A stretch of 64,000 nt of DNA from Clostridia bacterium (lineage in GTDB: Bacteria; Bacillota; SHA-98; UBA4971): positions 10,343 to 74,342 of the forward strand of contig JBLNDA010000125.1 of NCBI GenBank assembly GCA_050261175.1, written 5' to 3'. Below the pieces are notes generated by a model, which did no database searches, was not told the DNA's origin, and saw only the letters and a list, made by a program, of their open reading frames with translations. The translations under genes were made by a program, and so were the position numbers. Shown piece after piece: positions 18,017 through 25,632 of the stretch. The stretch's first letter is position 1. Every line of letters starts with the position of its first letter.

Positions 18017-18064
18017 GCCAGGCGCGCCTTTGCATCGGGCGCGCCTGGCTCTCTTGTCTTTTCC
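18017..18064 (+). terminator. Intrinsic terminator of the soj-spo0J unit
   Basis: GCCAGGCGCGCC (18017-18028) pairs with GGCGCGCCTGGC (18038-18049), giving a 12-bp GC stem with a 9-nt loop. It is followed by TCTCTTGTCTTTTCC. Confidence 0.75.
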
Positions 18065-18316
18065 TTGATGCGCATGGATGCGGATGAGGCGCAGGGGGGG
18101 CGCGGGGAGGGGCGGCGACGCCTGATTCTGCGAGGCCCGATCCGGGAAGGCGGCGGATGCCTCTGCGTTCCGCCGTCCTGGTGCCTCTGGAGAGGTCGCG
18201 ATAGGAACGGGCGAACACGTGTTCCATTGTCGTGGCCCGCGTAGGCCCAGTGGGCATCGGGGAGGCTTGGAAACCGGCTACGAAGGCCGGCAGGCGGTTG
18301 CTCCGTTGCCCCTAGG

Positions 18317-18332
18317 TGTTCCACGTGGAACA
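18317..18332. promoter_or_regulatory. parS: Perfectly palindromic parS-like site (TGTTCCACGTGGAACA)
   Basis: A 16-bp perfect palindrome in the 730-bp spo0J-DUF4446 spacer. Confidence 0.75.
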
Positions 18333-18543
18333 CTTCCCCTCTCACCCGCCTGCCGCTGCCTCCAGTGCGCCCAGCTACGGCTGGGTGCGGGGCGGGGACG
18401 CCCGCGCCCCGTGCCGGCCCACGGGCATGGATCGGGAATGGGCTGACGGAAGCACCGGCTCACGGTCTTCCTCCGTCCGGCGGGCGGTCCTGGGAGAGAC
18501 GCCTCGCCGGGAAGTGATCGAACAGCCGCCCCGGTATCTGGCT

Positions 18544-18557
18544 ATTTCCCGGGAAAT
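18544..18557. promoter_or_regulatory. Noc-binding-site-like palindrome (ATTTCCCGGGAAAT)
   Basis: It is identical to the B. subtilis NBS consensus as I recall it. The palindrome extends to 18 bp (CTATTTCCCGGGAAATAG, 18542-18559). Confidence 0.65.
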
Positions 18558-18677
18558 AGGACCCCGACCGGTGCGAGCACTCGAAGAGAGCACAGTCTCG
18601 TGTCTCTGCCCAGCATGGAGCAGGAAAGGCCCTCTGCCTGTCGAATGTAGAGAACCGGGTTGAGAGGAGGCGAATGC

Positions 18678-19190
18678 GTGGAAATCGTTTCTCGTCTTCA
18701 GGATGTGATCGGCGCCCACCTCGAAGCGGTGGCGCTCGTCGTTGTCGTCCTTCTCGGAGTGGGGACGGTGCTGCTAGCGGTCCTCGACTGGCGGCTCGGG
18801 AGGCTTCTCCGACGATATCAGGCGCTCGTTCGAGGGGCGGCTGGCGGAAGTCTCGAGGGGGTGATAGAGGACTGCGTGAGACGCATAGGCGAACTCGAAG
18901 CAGAACTCGAGGGCCTCAAGGGGTTCGTCGAGGATATGCACCTTGAGTCCAGACGGCACGTGCAGGGCCTGGGGGTTGTAAGGTTCAATGCCTTTCAGGA
19001 CACGGGTGGGGACCAAAGCTTTGCCTTGGCCCTCCTGGACGGCTCCGGAGACGGCGTCGTTGTGAGCAGTCTGTACGGTCGCAACGAGTCCCGCGTATAC
19101 GCCAAGCCAGTCGAGCAAGGCTCTTCTCGCTACACGCTGACCGCCGAGGAGCAGGAGGCCGTCGACCAGGCCCTCCGTCGTCGGCGCTAA
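18678..19190 (+). CDS. DUF4446 family membrane-anchored protein
   Basis: An N-terminal transmembrane (TM) segment, a coiled segment, then GVVRFNAFQDTGGDQSFALALLDGSGDGVVVSSLYGRNESRVYAKPV. The GTG at 18678 is preceded by GAGGAGG. It is in the conserved position after spo0J. Confidence 0.7.
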   Translation: MEIVSRLQDVIGAHLEAVALVVVVLLGVGTVLLAVLDWRLGRLLRRYQALVRGAAGGSLEGVIEDCVRRIGELEAELEGLKGFVEDMHLESRRHVQGLGVVRFNAFQDTGGDQSFALALLDGSGDGVVVSSLYGRNESRVYAKPVEQGSSRYTLTAEEQEAVDQALRRRR

Positions 19191-19612
19191 GGTAGAGGCT
19201 TCCGGAACGCTCCGCTCCGGGGCGCCGGCTGCGCCCGGGGTGGCGAGCTTTGGGCGGCGCTAGCACGCGGCTGCGGCTCGTGTCCCGCTGCCGGTGTGTG
19301 CGCCGCTCATCCGTGGGCGGTGCATATAAAGGCCCTCACCGAAGCACACTTATTTGTACGCGGGGCGCGCAAAAATCCTGGCGCATATTTGACGACCGAA
19401 GCAGGAAATCGGGCAGCGACGTCGAAGTTTCAACCTGCTTTCTGGGTCGCTCTGTGAGTTCTGGTGAATGCTCCCTGCTCGATCATATTTCCGGCAGTTT
19501 TTCATATACTTCTTAGTGGACCAGCCTTTGTTCCGGCGTCGCGGAAGAAGGCGCCTACCCAGCATCCGGCGGCAGAGTGACGGGCGAGACTATCCTTCGG
19601 AAGGGGCGAACC

Positions 19613-20623
19613 ATGATGTGGCGCAGACTGCTCAGGCGCAAGTTTGCGAGACGCCGCCGAAGCGCGCTCACGATCATGGCGATACCTACCACACACGGCA
19701 CCGTCAGGAGCATAAGCATCCCGCTCCTCATGGTCTATGCCGGGTCGGGGGTGGCGGTAGCCGTTGTGGCTTTTCTGGTTCTGTCCTACTTCGGCATGAC
19801 CGCGACGGTCGCCCGGTTCTACCACCAACAGGTCGTCAAGGACGCCCACATCGAGGAACTAACAAAGGAAAACGCGGAGCTCGAGCGCGTCAACGCCGCC
19901 AACAAGAAGCAGCTCGAAGGCTTCGCCAAGAGGACGGCCGAACTCGAGGAGGAACTTGCCCGCCTGGACGCCCTCAGCAAAGAGATCATGGGCATTATCA
20001 AGGGTAAGAAAGTGTCCTCTGCTCCCGTGTCCCTGGCGAGCCGGGGAGACTATGAGCGTGGTGCGCTCCCCGGGGCGGAGCGCGGCGCGGAGAGCGCGGC
20101 GGAGCCGGTCGCGGAGGATGGTGCGCTCGCCGTCCAAACGGAGTCGCGCCTGGACGAACTCGTCCGCGCTGCCGACGACATGGCCACCAGCTTCTCATCC
20201 CTACGCCGTTCCGCCATATCGTACCGGGACAGGCTTGACCACACACCCAGCGGCTGGCCCGCAAGGGGCCGGGTGACTTCGAGCTTCGGCAGGCGACGCC
20301 ATCCGGTCACAGGCCGCATCCAAGCGCACGACGGCATTGACATTTCGGCGCCCACGGGAACGCCCATCCGGGCGACCGCGGACGGGACCGTTCGTTTCAG
20401 CGGCACGCAGGCAGGATACGGCCGGATGCTGATCATAGACCACGGTCACGGGCTTCAGACAGTATACGCTCACAACTCGCGCAACGCGGTCCGGGTAGGG
20501 CAGCGGGTCAAGCGCGGACAGATCATAGCATACGTTGGCAGTACCGGGACGAGCACGGGTCCGCATGTCCACTACGAGGTGCGAGCCTCCGGCAAGCCCG
20601 TGAATCCCCGGAACTACACGTGA
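19613..20623 (+). CDS. M23 family metallopeptidase with N-terminal TM segment and coiled coil
   Basis: HPVTGRIQAHDGIDISAPTGTPIRATADGTV...GYGRMLIIDHGHGLQTVYAHNS...GSTGTSTGPHVHYEVR. The ORF opens at 19577; the ATG at 19613 has the better RBS. Confidence 0.88.
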   Translation: MMWRRLLRRKFARRRRSALTIMAIPTTHGTVRSISIPLLMVYAGSGVAVAVVAFLVLSYFGMTATVARFYHQQVVKDAHIEELTKENAELERVNAANKKQLEGFAKRTAELEEELARLDALSKEIMGIIKGKKVSSAPVSLASRGDYERGALPGAERGAESAAEPVAEDGALAVQTESRLDELVRAADDMATSFSSLRRSAISYRDRLDHTPSGWPARGRVTSSFGRRRHPVTGRIQAHDGIDISAPTGTPIRATADGTVRFSGTQAGYGRMLIIDHGHGLQTVYAHNSRNAVRVGQRVKRGQIIAYVGSTGTSTGPHVHYEVRASGKPVNPRNYT

Positions 20624-20811
20624 GGCAGCGTCCCCGGCGGCCCGCACGCGCGCAGGCGCAGCATCCCCACGGCAGCCGCGCCACACGAACGTCGGGCGGC
20701 CGGCCGAACCCCACTCCCGGCACCCGCGCCCACGCGGCCTTGACGGCAAGATCCCGGACCCCTGCGTGAAGGTGAGCTGCCCGGTTTCACGACTTCAAGG
20801 GAGGGAAACCC

Positions 20812-21252
20812 GTGATGTTTGGTAAGCGTGCTGCTGAGCCGCAGCAACCACGGAAGGTGGATACCATCATCGGAAAGGACACCCGAATCAGCGGTCGGAT
20901 CCAGGCGGCAGGCACAATACGCATCGATGGCTCTGTTGACGGCGAGATAGAAGCTGATGGGGATGTCGTCATAGGTGAGCCCGGTCGACTCGTTGCGTCG
21001 ATTCACGCGCGCAGCGTCACGGTGGCAGGTGAGATCCAGGGGAACATCCACGCGGAGGGAAGGTTGGAGTTGCTTCCCACGGGCAAACTTTATGGAGACG
21101 TGAAGACCGCGGTCCTGGCCATAGAGGACGGGGCCATCTTCAAAGGCGCGTGCGAGATGACCGACGCCGCGGCGCAGGGCAGGCTGCTCCCTGGGAAAGT
21201 CGCCCCGCCCGAGCTTCCCGAGGGTGGAACATCGGAGGACGGCTCAGCATGA
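20812..21252 (+). CDS. Bactofilin (polymer-forming cytoskeletal protein, DUF583)
   Basis: TIIGKDTRISGRIQAAGTIRIDGSVDGEIEADGDVVIGEPGRLVASIHARSVTVAGEIQGNIHAEGRLELLPTGKLYGDV shows the typical beta-helical repeat pattern. Confidence 0.85.
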   Translation: MMFGKRAAEPQQPRKVDTIIGKDTRISGRIQAAGTIRIDGSVDGEIEADGDVVIGEPGRLVASIHARSVTVAGEIQGNIHAEGRLELLPTGKLYGDVKTAVLAIEDGAIFKGACEMTDAAAQGRLLPGKVAPPELPEGGTSEDGSA

Positions 21253-21956
21253 CCTTCCGAGACCGCACCCATGCCGGGCAGCTCCTTGCCAAGAAGCTTG
21301 AACGATACGCAGGCACCAATGCGCTCGTGTTGGCGCTGCCCAGAGGCGGCGTGCCGGTGGGAGCTGAAATAGCCCGCGCCCTCTCGGCTGACCTGGACAT
21401 AGTCATACCCAGGAAAATCCCGGCGCCCGGAGACCCCGAGCTCGCCATCGGCGCCGTGTCAAGCCACGGCGTTCTTCTCAACGAAGACCTCGTTCGCAAC
21501 CTTTCCGTCTCAAGCGAATACATACGTGAGGCAGTTGCCAAGGAAAAGGCGGAGATCGAGCGCCGGTCACGCTTGTACCGCGGAGCGGAGCCGGCGCCGA
21601 CCATCGAAGGCAGGACGGTCATCATCGTGGACGATGGCGTCGCCACCGGTTATACGATGCTCGCTGCGCTGCGCGGCGCGAGGAGCCAGGACCCGAAGCG
21701 GCTCGTGGCTGCGGTGCCGGTTGCACCTCCGGATTCTGTTCCGACGCTCGAGGCGGAAGCGGACGAAGTCGTCGTGCTCAGCACGCCCGTCCTGTTCTTC
21801 GCTGTCGGGCAGTTCTATGAAGACTTCTCACAGGTGTCAGACGAAGAGGTGCAGGACATTCTCGCGCGAGCCCGCCGCCGTCGCGGCGCGCCGCAATCCT
21901 CCACTGACGACTCCTCCCGAGGCAAAGAGAATACTCCGAAGCAGAGCGAGAGATGA
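21249..21956 (+). CDS. Phosphoribosyltransferase-family protein
   Basis: MTFRDRTHAGQLLAKKL...VLALPRGGVPVGAEIA...RTVIIVDDGVATGYTMLAAL (PRPP-binding loop). Its ATG overlaps the bactofilin stop (ATGA). Confidence 0.75.
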   Translation: MTFRDRTHAGQLLAKKLERYAGTNALVLALPRGGVPVGAEIARALSADLDIVIPRKIPAPGDPELAIGAVSSHGVLLNEDLVRNLSVSSEYIREAVAKEKAEIERRSRLYRGAEPAPTIEGRTVIIVDDGVATGYTMLAALRGARSQDPKRLVAAVPVAPPDSVPTLEAEADEVVVLSTPVLFFAVGQFYEDFSQVSDEEVQDILARARRRRGAPQSSTDDSSRGKENTPKQSER

Positions 21957-21957
21957 T

Positions 21958-22224
21958 ATGACCCGAGGTGAGCTTGAGATGAAAGGGATCATAGCAGTCT
22001 CCGACGCTCTGCCGGACTACCGTGAGATGCTCGAAGAGGAAGGCTACCAGGTGGTAAGCCTCGAGGAAGGGCTGGACATCGCTGACGCGGTCCTCGTCAG
22101 CGGCATGGACATGGACCACTCGGGCGTATCAGCCATTGACACCGAAGCACCCGTGCTGGACGTCACCGGAAAGCGCCCGGACGAAGTGCTGCGGGCGCTC
22201 GAGCAGCGCCTGGAACTCATCTGA
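21958..22224 (+). CDS. ykuS: YkuS / UPF0180 family small protein
   Basis: MKGIIAVSDALPDYREMLEEEGYQVVSLEEGLDIADAVLVSGMDMD... Only the last roughly 85 codons of ORF 21526..22224 are credible. The alternative start is at 21979. Confidence 0.65.
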   Translation: MTRGELEMKGIIAVSDALPDYREMLEEEGYQVVSLEEGLDIADAVLVSGMDMDHSGVSAIDTEAPVLDVTGKRPDEVLRALEQRLELI

Positions 22225-22245
22225 CCGGCCGAACCACCCATGACC

Positions 22246-22944
22246 TCAGCTGCGCGGATCCCACCTGGCCGCCGCGACCCGCTGGCCAGTCTCGCAGCCC
22301 ACGGAGGCATCCACGAAGTCCCGTGCGGCCGACGCAAGCGCCGCCCCTATGATGTCGGCCATTCTCATCACCAGGCATAGCCTTGTGTTTTGGAGGACCA
22401 TGTACTCCATGTACCCTCCCACGTTTACGATGCCGGTGACATGGGCATGCCCGACCTGGGGCAGGTTCTTGCTCACACCGGTGCCCGGCCGGAGGGGCCC
22501 CCTGTTCGCCGTGATCGTCCCCACGTTTTCCAGCCTTCCGAGGCAAGCGTCCACCGCGACGATGTACGGGCTCCTGAACATCGAGTGGGCGCGGTCGATA
22601 GCGACCTGCAAGTTGGCCGCGTGAACGGGGTCATCGAGCGTACCCCACACACGGCAGCTGTCGATGCCCAGGCTGACCAGACGCGTGCCTGTCAGGGGCC
22701 CGAGCGAGTCACCGGTTGATCGGTCCGTGCCGATGCAGAAGAATAGAAGCGGCCTGCGCGCCGGGTCGGACAGGTCCCGGGACATCAGAGACCGAAGCGA
22801 GTTGGCGAGGACCGTTGTCGCGACCGGGTCGTCCACGTGAGCCCGACACACAGTGTCCCGGCTGCTGCCCAAGAACGTCAAAGGAGCGCCCTCCCCTTGC
22901 AGTCGTCCCTCCGAGGTGCAGGAATCCGGAGGAGAGAACGTCAT
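22246..22944 (-). CDS. yyaC: Sporulation protein YyaC (GPR-like peptidase fold)
   Basis: LLFFCIGTDRSTGDSLGPLTGTRLV...AVDACLG...VGTITA...GVSKNLPQVGHAHVTGIVNVGG. The start is uncertain; a TTG near 22872 with a GGGGAGGG RBS is possible. Confidence 0.8.
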   Translation of the reverse strand: MTFSPPDSCTSEGRLQGEGAPLTFLGSSRDTVCRAHVDDPVATTVLANSLRSLMSRDLSDPARRPLLFFCIGTDRSTGDSLGPLTGTRLVSLGIDSCRVWGTLDDPVHAANLQVAIDRAHSMFRSPYIVAVDACLGRLENVGTITANRGPLRPGTGVSKNLPQVGHAHVTGIVNVGGYMEYMVLQNTRLCLVMRMADIIGAALASAARDFVDASVGCETGQRVAAARWDPRS

Positions 22945-23167
22945 TTGCAGTATATGACCGGCGCACCGCCCGTATTCCTGTCCGCTCGTGTCCGCCGGTC
23001 TGGGCTAGTGTCTGGAGAAGGCCTTCGGAGAGGAACAGGGAGCGGTCACCCTCGGTGGCGCCTCAACCGGCGGACGTGCCGGTGAGGCCCACTGTCCCAC
23101 TGGTGATGAGGGAAGGTGCGCTAAGTATGAGGTCACTAGTTCTCTTTGGTCTTGCGAGGTCTTGAGT

Positions 23168-23275
23168 TGCCGGTGACTGCACGAGGGGTGTCGAAATCCG
23201 GCCACCGGGCAGACGGGCCGGATTTTGGCGAAGCGCGCCCCGCTTGGGGCGCCGTCCCCGAGTGCAACACCGGCA
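23168..23275. repeat. Structured inverted-repeat element, copy 1 (108 nt)
   Basis: The termini TGCCGGTG and CACCGGCA pair. Inner helices are TGCAC/GTGCA, GGGG/CCCC flanking tandem G-A pairs, GAAATCCGGCC/GGCCGGATTTT, and GCGCCCC-GCTT-GGGGCGC. The element shares the block TTGGCGAAGCGCGCC with copy 2. Confidence 0.6.
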
Positions 23276-23345
23276 GCCCAGCTCCGCGCGTGCGCTCTCT
23301 GGAATCGGCGACTATCTATGGCGATCTGCTTGGTAGTTGCTGGGC

Positions 23346-23456
23346 TGCCGGTGATTGCACGAGCGGTGCCGAGATCCGGACACCGGCCTGACAGGCCGGC
23401 TCTTGGCGAAGCGCGCCGCGCCGTGCGGGCCCCCGTGCCCAAGTGCGACACCGGCA
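23346..23456. repeat. Structured inverted-repeat element, copy 2 (111 nt)
   Basis: It has the same termini (TGCCGGTG...CACCGGCA) and the helix TGCAC/GTGCG. The helix GAGATCCGG/CCGGCTCTT shows compensatory changes relative to copy 1. The TTGGCGAAGCGCGCC block is identical. Confidence 0.6.
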
Positions 23457-23652
23457 CCCCCAGAGGCCGGGAGCATTCCTTCACCCTCGCTTCCCGGGCA
23501 GCGATACGGCACCGGAGTGCTGCGCCCGCTCTTGACTTGAATAGGAATTACGGTGTGAGCACGTGCGCCAGGAAACATCGAGAGCAGCTCCGGAAAGAGC
23601 GGCACGGCGCCGCGCCCGTCGGGGGCGCGAGCGACGCGAGGGAGGTGGAGCC

Positions 23653-24744
23653 GTGAGACGTGGCGGCGGACGCGGCACGGAGATCAAGCTGGCAGCCACT
23701 TACCTCGGGACGGTGGTGGGCGCCGGTTTCGCCTCCGGCCAGGAGCACCTGCATTTCTTCGCGGCGTTCTCCTCCGGAGGCGACCTCGGCGTCATGCTGG
23801 CTGGCCTCCTCTTCATCATCTTTGGGGTGCTCCTCGCTGACCTTGCGTCAAGGCACGCTACCTCGTCACCAGAGGACCTCCTCGTCTTCGTCGGGGGGAC
23901 GGCGCTCGTGAGAGCGCTGGATTGGCTACTCACAGTGTTTACGTTCTGTTCGCTGTGCATCATGCTCGCAGGAAGCGGCGCGCTCTTCAGGGAGCACGCG
24001 GGCGTTAGTTCTAACCTGGGGACGGCCCTCACGGCCGCGGTGACATTGATGGCCTCCGCCAAGGGGGTGTCGGGCCTGCTCTCCATCAATACACTGTCGG
24101 CTCCGGTACTGCTCGGTGCGCCCGTGGCAGTCGCCGCCGCCTCGCTCATCTTGGCCCGCCGCGGAGTCCTTCCACCATCCCCCGTCCCTAGCCCGCAAAC
24201 GTTTACCGGCAACGTCCTCCTCCCAGCGTGGCCGGTTGCAAGCGTCCTCTATGTTTCATACAACCTCCTGCTCGTCGTCGCTGCCTTCGCCTCCATGGGA
24301 GAGGAGCTCGACGACGCGAGAACCGCCCGACGCGGCGCAGCGCTCGGGGGAGCCGCCCTCTCAGTGTTCCTGGCAGCCATCCACCTCACCCTCGAGCTCC
24401 ACGGAGACGAGGTTTGGCGGACCGAGGTGCCCATGCTGCTCGCCGCTTCCCGCCTCGGAGCGGGCCTCAGGCTTGCGTACTCAGCCGCGCTCTGGGTCGC
24501 CATGGTCACCACCGCCGTCGCGGGGTGCTTCGCCATGTCCCGCAGACTCGAGAAGTGGGTTCGCCTGCCCCAGCGCACGCTCGCCGTCCCCGTGACCCTG
24601 GCAGCCGCCCTACTTGCTCAGGTCGGTTTTGCCAGCCTGGTCGGCCGGATCTACCCCGTGTTCGGCTACCTCGGGCTTCCGCTGGTCCTCGGCCTCGCCG
24701 CGGCGTATGCCAGAGACCGGCTCACCATTACCATTCTGAGATGA
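23653..24744 (+). CDS. YkvI-like polytopic membrane protein (putative transporter)
   Basis: EIKLAATYLGTVVGAGFASGQEHLHFF resembles the B. subtilis YkvI N-terminus, and there are about 10 predicted TM segments. The GTG at 23653 is preceded by GGAGGTGG. The ORF-track start at 23563 adds an Arg-rich artefact. Confidence 0.65.
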   Translation: MRRGGGRGTEIKLAATYLGTVVGAGFASGQEHLHFFAAFSSGGDLGVMLAGLLFIIFGVLLADLASRHATSSPEDLLVFVGGTALVRALDWLLTVFTFCSLCIMLAGSGALFREHAGVSSNLGTALTAAVTLMASAKGVSGLLSINTLSAPVLLGAPVAVAAASLILARRGVLPPSPVPSPQTFTGNVLLPAWPVASVLYVSYNLLLVVAAFASMGEELDDARTARRGAALGGAALSVFLAAIHLTLELHGDEVWRTEVPMLLAASRLGAGLRLAYSAALWVAMVTTAVAGCFAMSRRLEKWVRLPQRTLAVPVTLAAALLAQVGFASLVGRIYPVFGYLGLPLVLGLAAAYARDRLTITILR

Positions 24745-24843
24745 TCCCCAACCGAATCAGAATGCGCCCCGAGTCGCCGCGCTCAAGGCATCGCCTCGTC
24801 CGGTCGGGCGAGACAGCGGGTTGACTTCTGATCTATAATTGCC

Positions 24844-25563
24844 ATGGAGGACGCCATGGACGACGCAGGAGGGCCGTCGCGGCAGACGGGTACCGGTGTC
24901 GTGGAGGGGGTGCGGTCGGTGCAGGGACGCATGGGGCAACCCTCGAGGTCGGAGGCTCCCGGAGAGGTGCGCGATTCTGCGGACGGCCCGGGGGCTGCGG
25001 GCACGGCGAGCCGGGGCCTCGGCGAGGGGTCGCGCGCCCGCGGCGGCGGTAGCGCGGAGGAGCGAATGAGAACAGGCTGCGAGCTTCTCCGTAAGGGAAG
25101 ACTGGACGAGGCGCAGGCGGAGTTCGAGGCGGCCATAGCTCTCGACCCTCGGAGCGCAGAGGCCCAGAACAAGCTCGGGGTCGTCCTGGCTCACAAGGGC
25201 AAGCTGGACGACGCCAGGATGAGGTTTGAGAAGGCCCTCGCTGTTGATCCCCGGTGCGCCGCTGCGATGAGCAACCTCGGGAACACATACAAAGAGAACG
25301 ACATGCTTGACAAGGCCGTGGAATTCTATAAGATGGCCTTGTCGGTCGACCCCGACTACGCCACGGCCCATCACAACCTTGGGGTCGTTTACAGGCAGAT
25401 GGGGATGATCGACCGGGCAGTCGCAAATTTCAAGCAGGCGCACAGGCTTCAATTGCGCGCCGCGGGCAGGGAGAGCCGGGCGGCGACCCGGGCCAGCCGG
25501 TATCTGTGGCCTCTGATCGCAGCGGCTCTCGTCTTGACTTGCGTTCTCGTGTTCAGGAAATGA
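24844..25563 (+). CDS. TPR-repeat protein with C-terminal TM anchor
   Basis: There are about four TPR units (EAQNKLGVVLAHKGKLDDARMRFEKALAVDP..., SNLGNTYKENDMLDKAVEFYKMALSVDP..., HHNLGVVYRQMGMIDRAV) and a hydrophobic tail YLWPLIAAALVLTCVLVF. Confidence 0.7.
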   Translation: MEDAMDDAGGPSRQTGTGVVEGVRSVQGRMGQPSRSEAPGEVRDSADGPGAAGTASRGLGEGSRARGGGSAEERMRTGCELLRKGRLDEAQAEFEAAIALDPRSAEAQNKLGVVLAHKGKLDDARMRFEKALAVDPRCAAAMSNLGNTYKENDMLDKAVEFYKMALSVDPDYATAHHNLGVVYRQMGMIDRAVANFKQAHRLQLRAAGRESRAATRASRYLWPLIAAALVLTCVLVFRK

Positions 25564-25632
25564 CGTGCCTTCCCGGGCTGACGCTTTGATCCAGGCCTGA
25601 TCCCGGCGCCGGCCCGAACAGGGGATGATGAT

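Noticed and set aside
18213-18224. The palindrome GAACACGTGTTC was considered as an additional parS.
   Set aside because: It shares only the CACGTG core. Its half-sites are inverted relative to parS (GTGTTC versus GTGGAACA), so it is not counted as a ParB site.
21526-21957. The N-terminal 144 codons of ORF 21526..22224.
   Set aside because: This segment overlaps the well-supported PRTase gene in another frame and is Arg/Ser/Cys-rich. Only the C-terminal YkuS-like part (from 21958 or 21979) is credible.
22949-22977. A forespore-type (SigF/SigG-like) promoter GAATA-16 nt-CATATACT upstream of yyaC.
   Set aside because: The spacer is shorter than the consensus as I recall it. The -10 element lies only 5 nt from the annotated ATG, so it would work only with a downstream alternative start. 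This is too speculative to list as a feature.
23168-23456. The tandem structured elements were considered as a known tandem riboswitch (glycine, NAD+, c-di-GMP, guanidine, SAM, ZTP).
   Set aside because: None of the signature sequences I can recall for those classes is present. A truncated copy at 56755, in a non-5'-UTR context, also argues against a simple riboswitch call. The elements are kept as an unclassified structured repeat.
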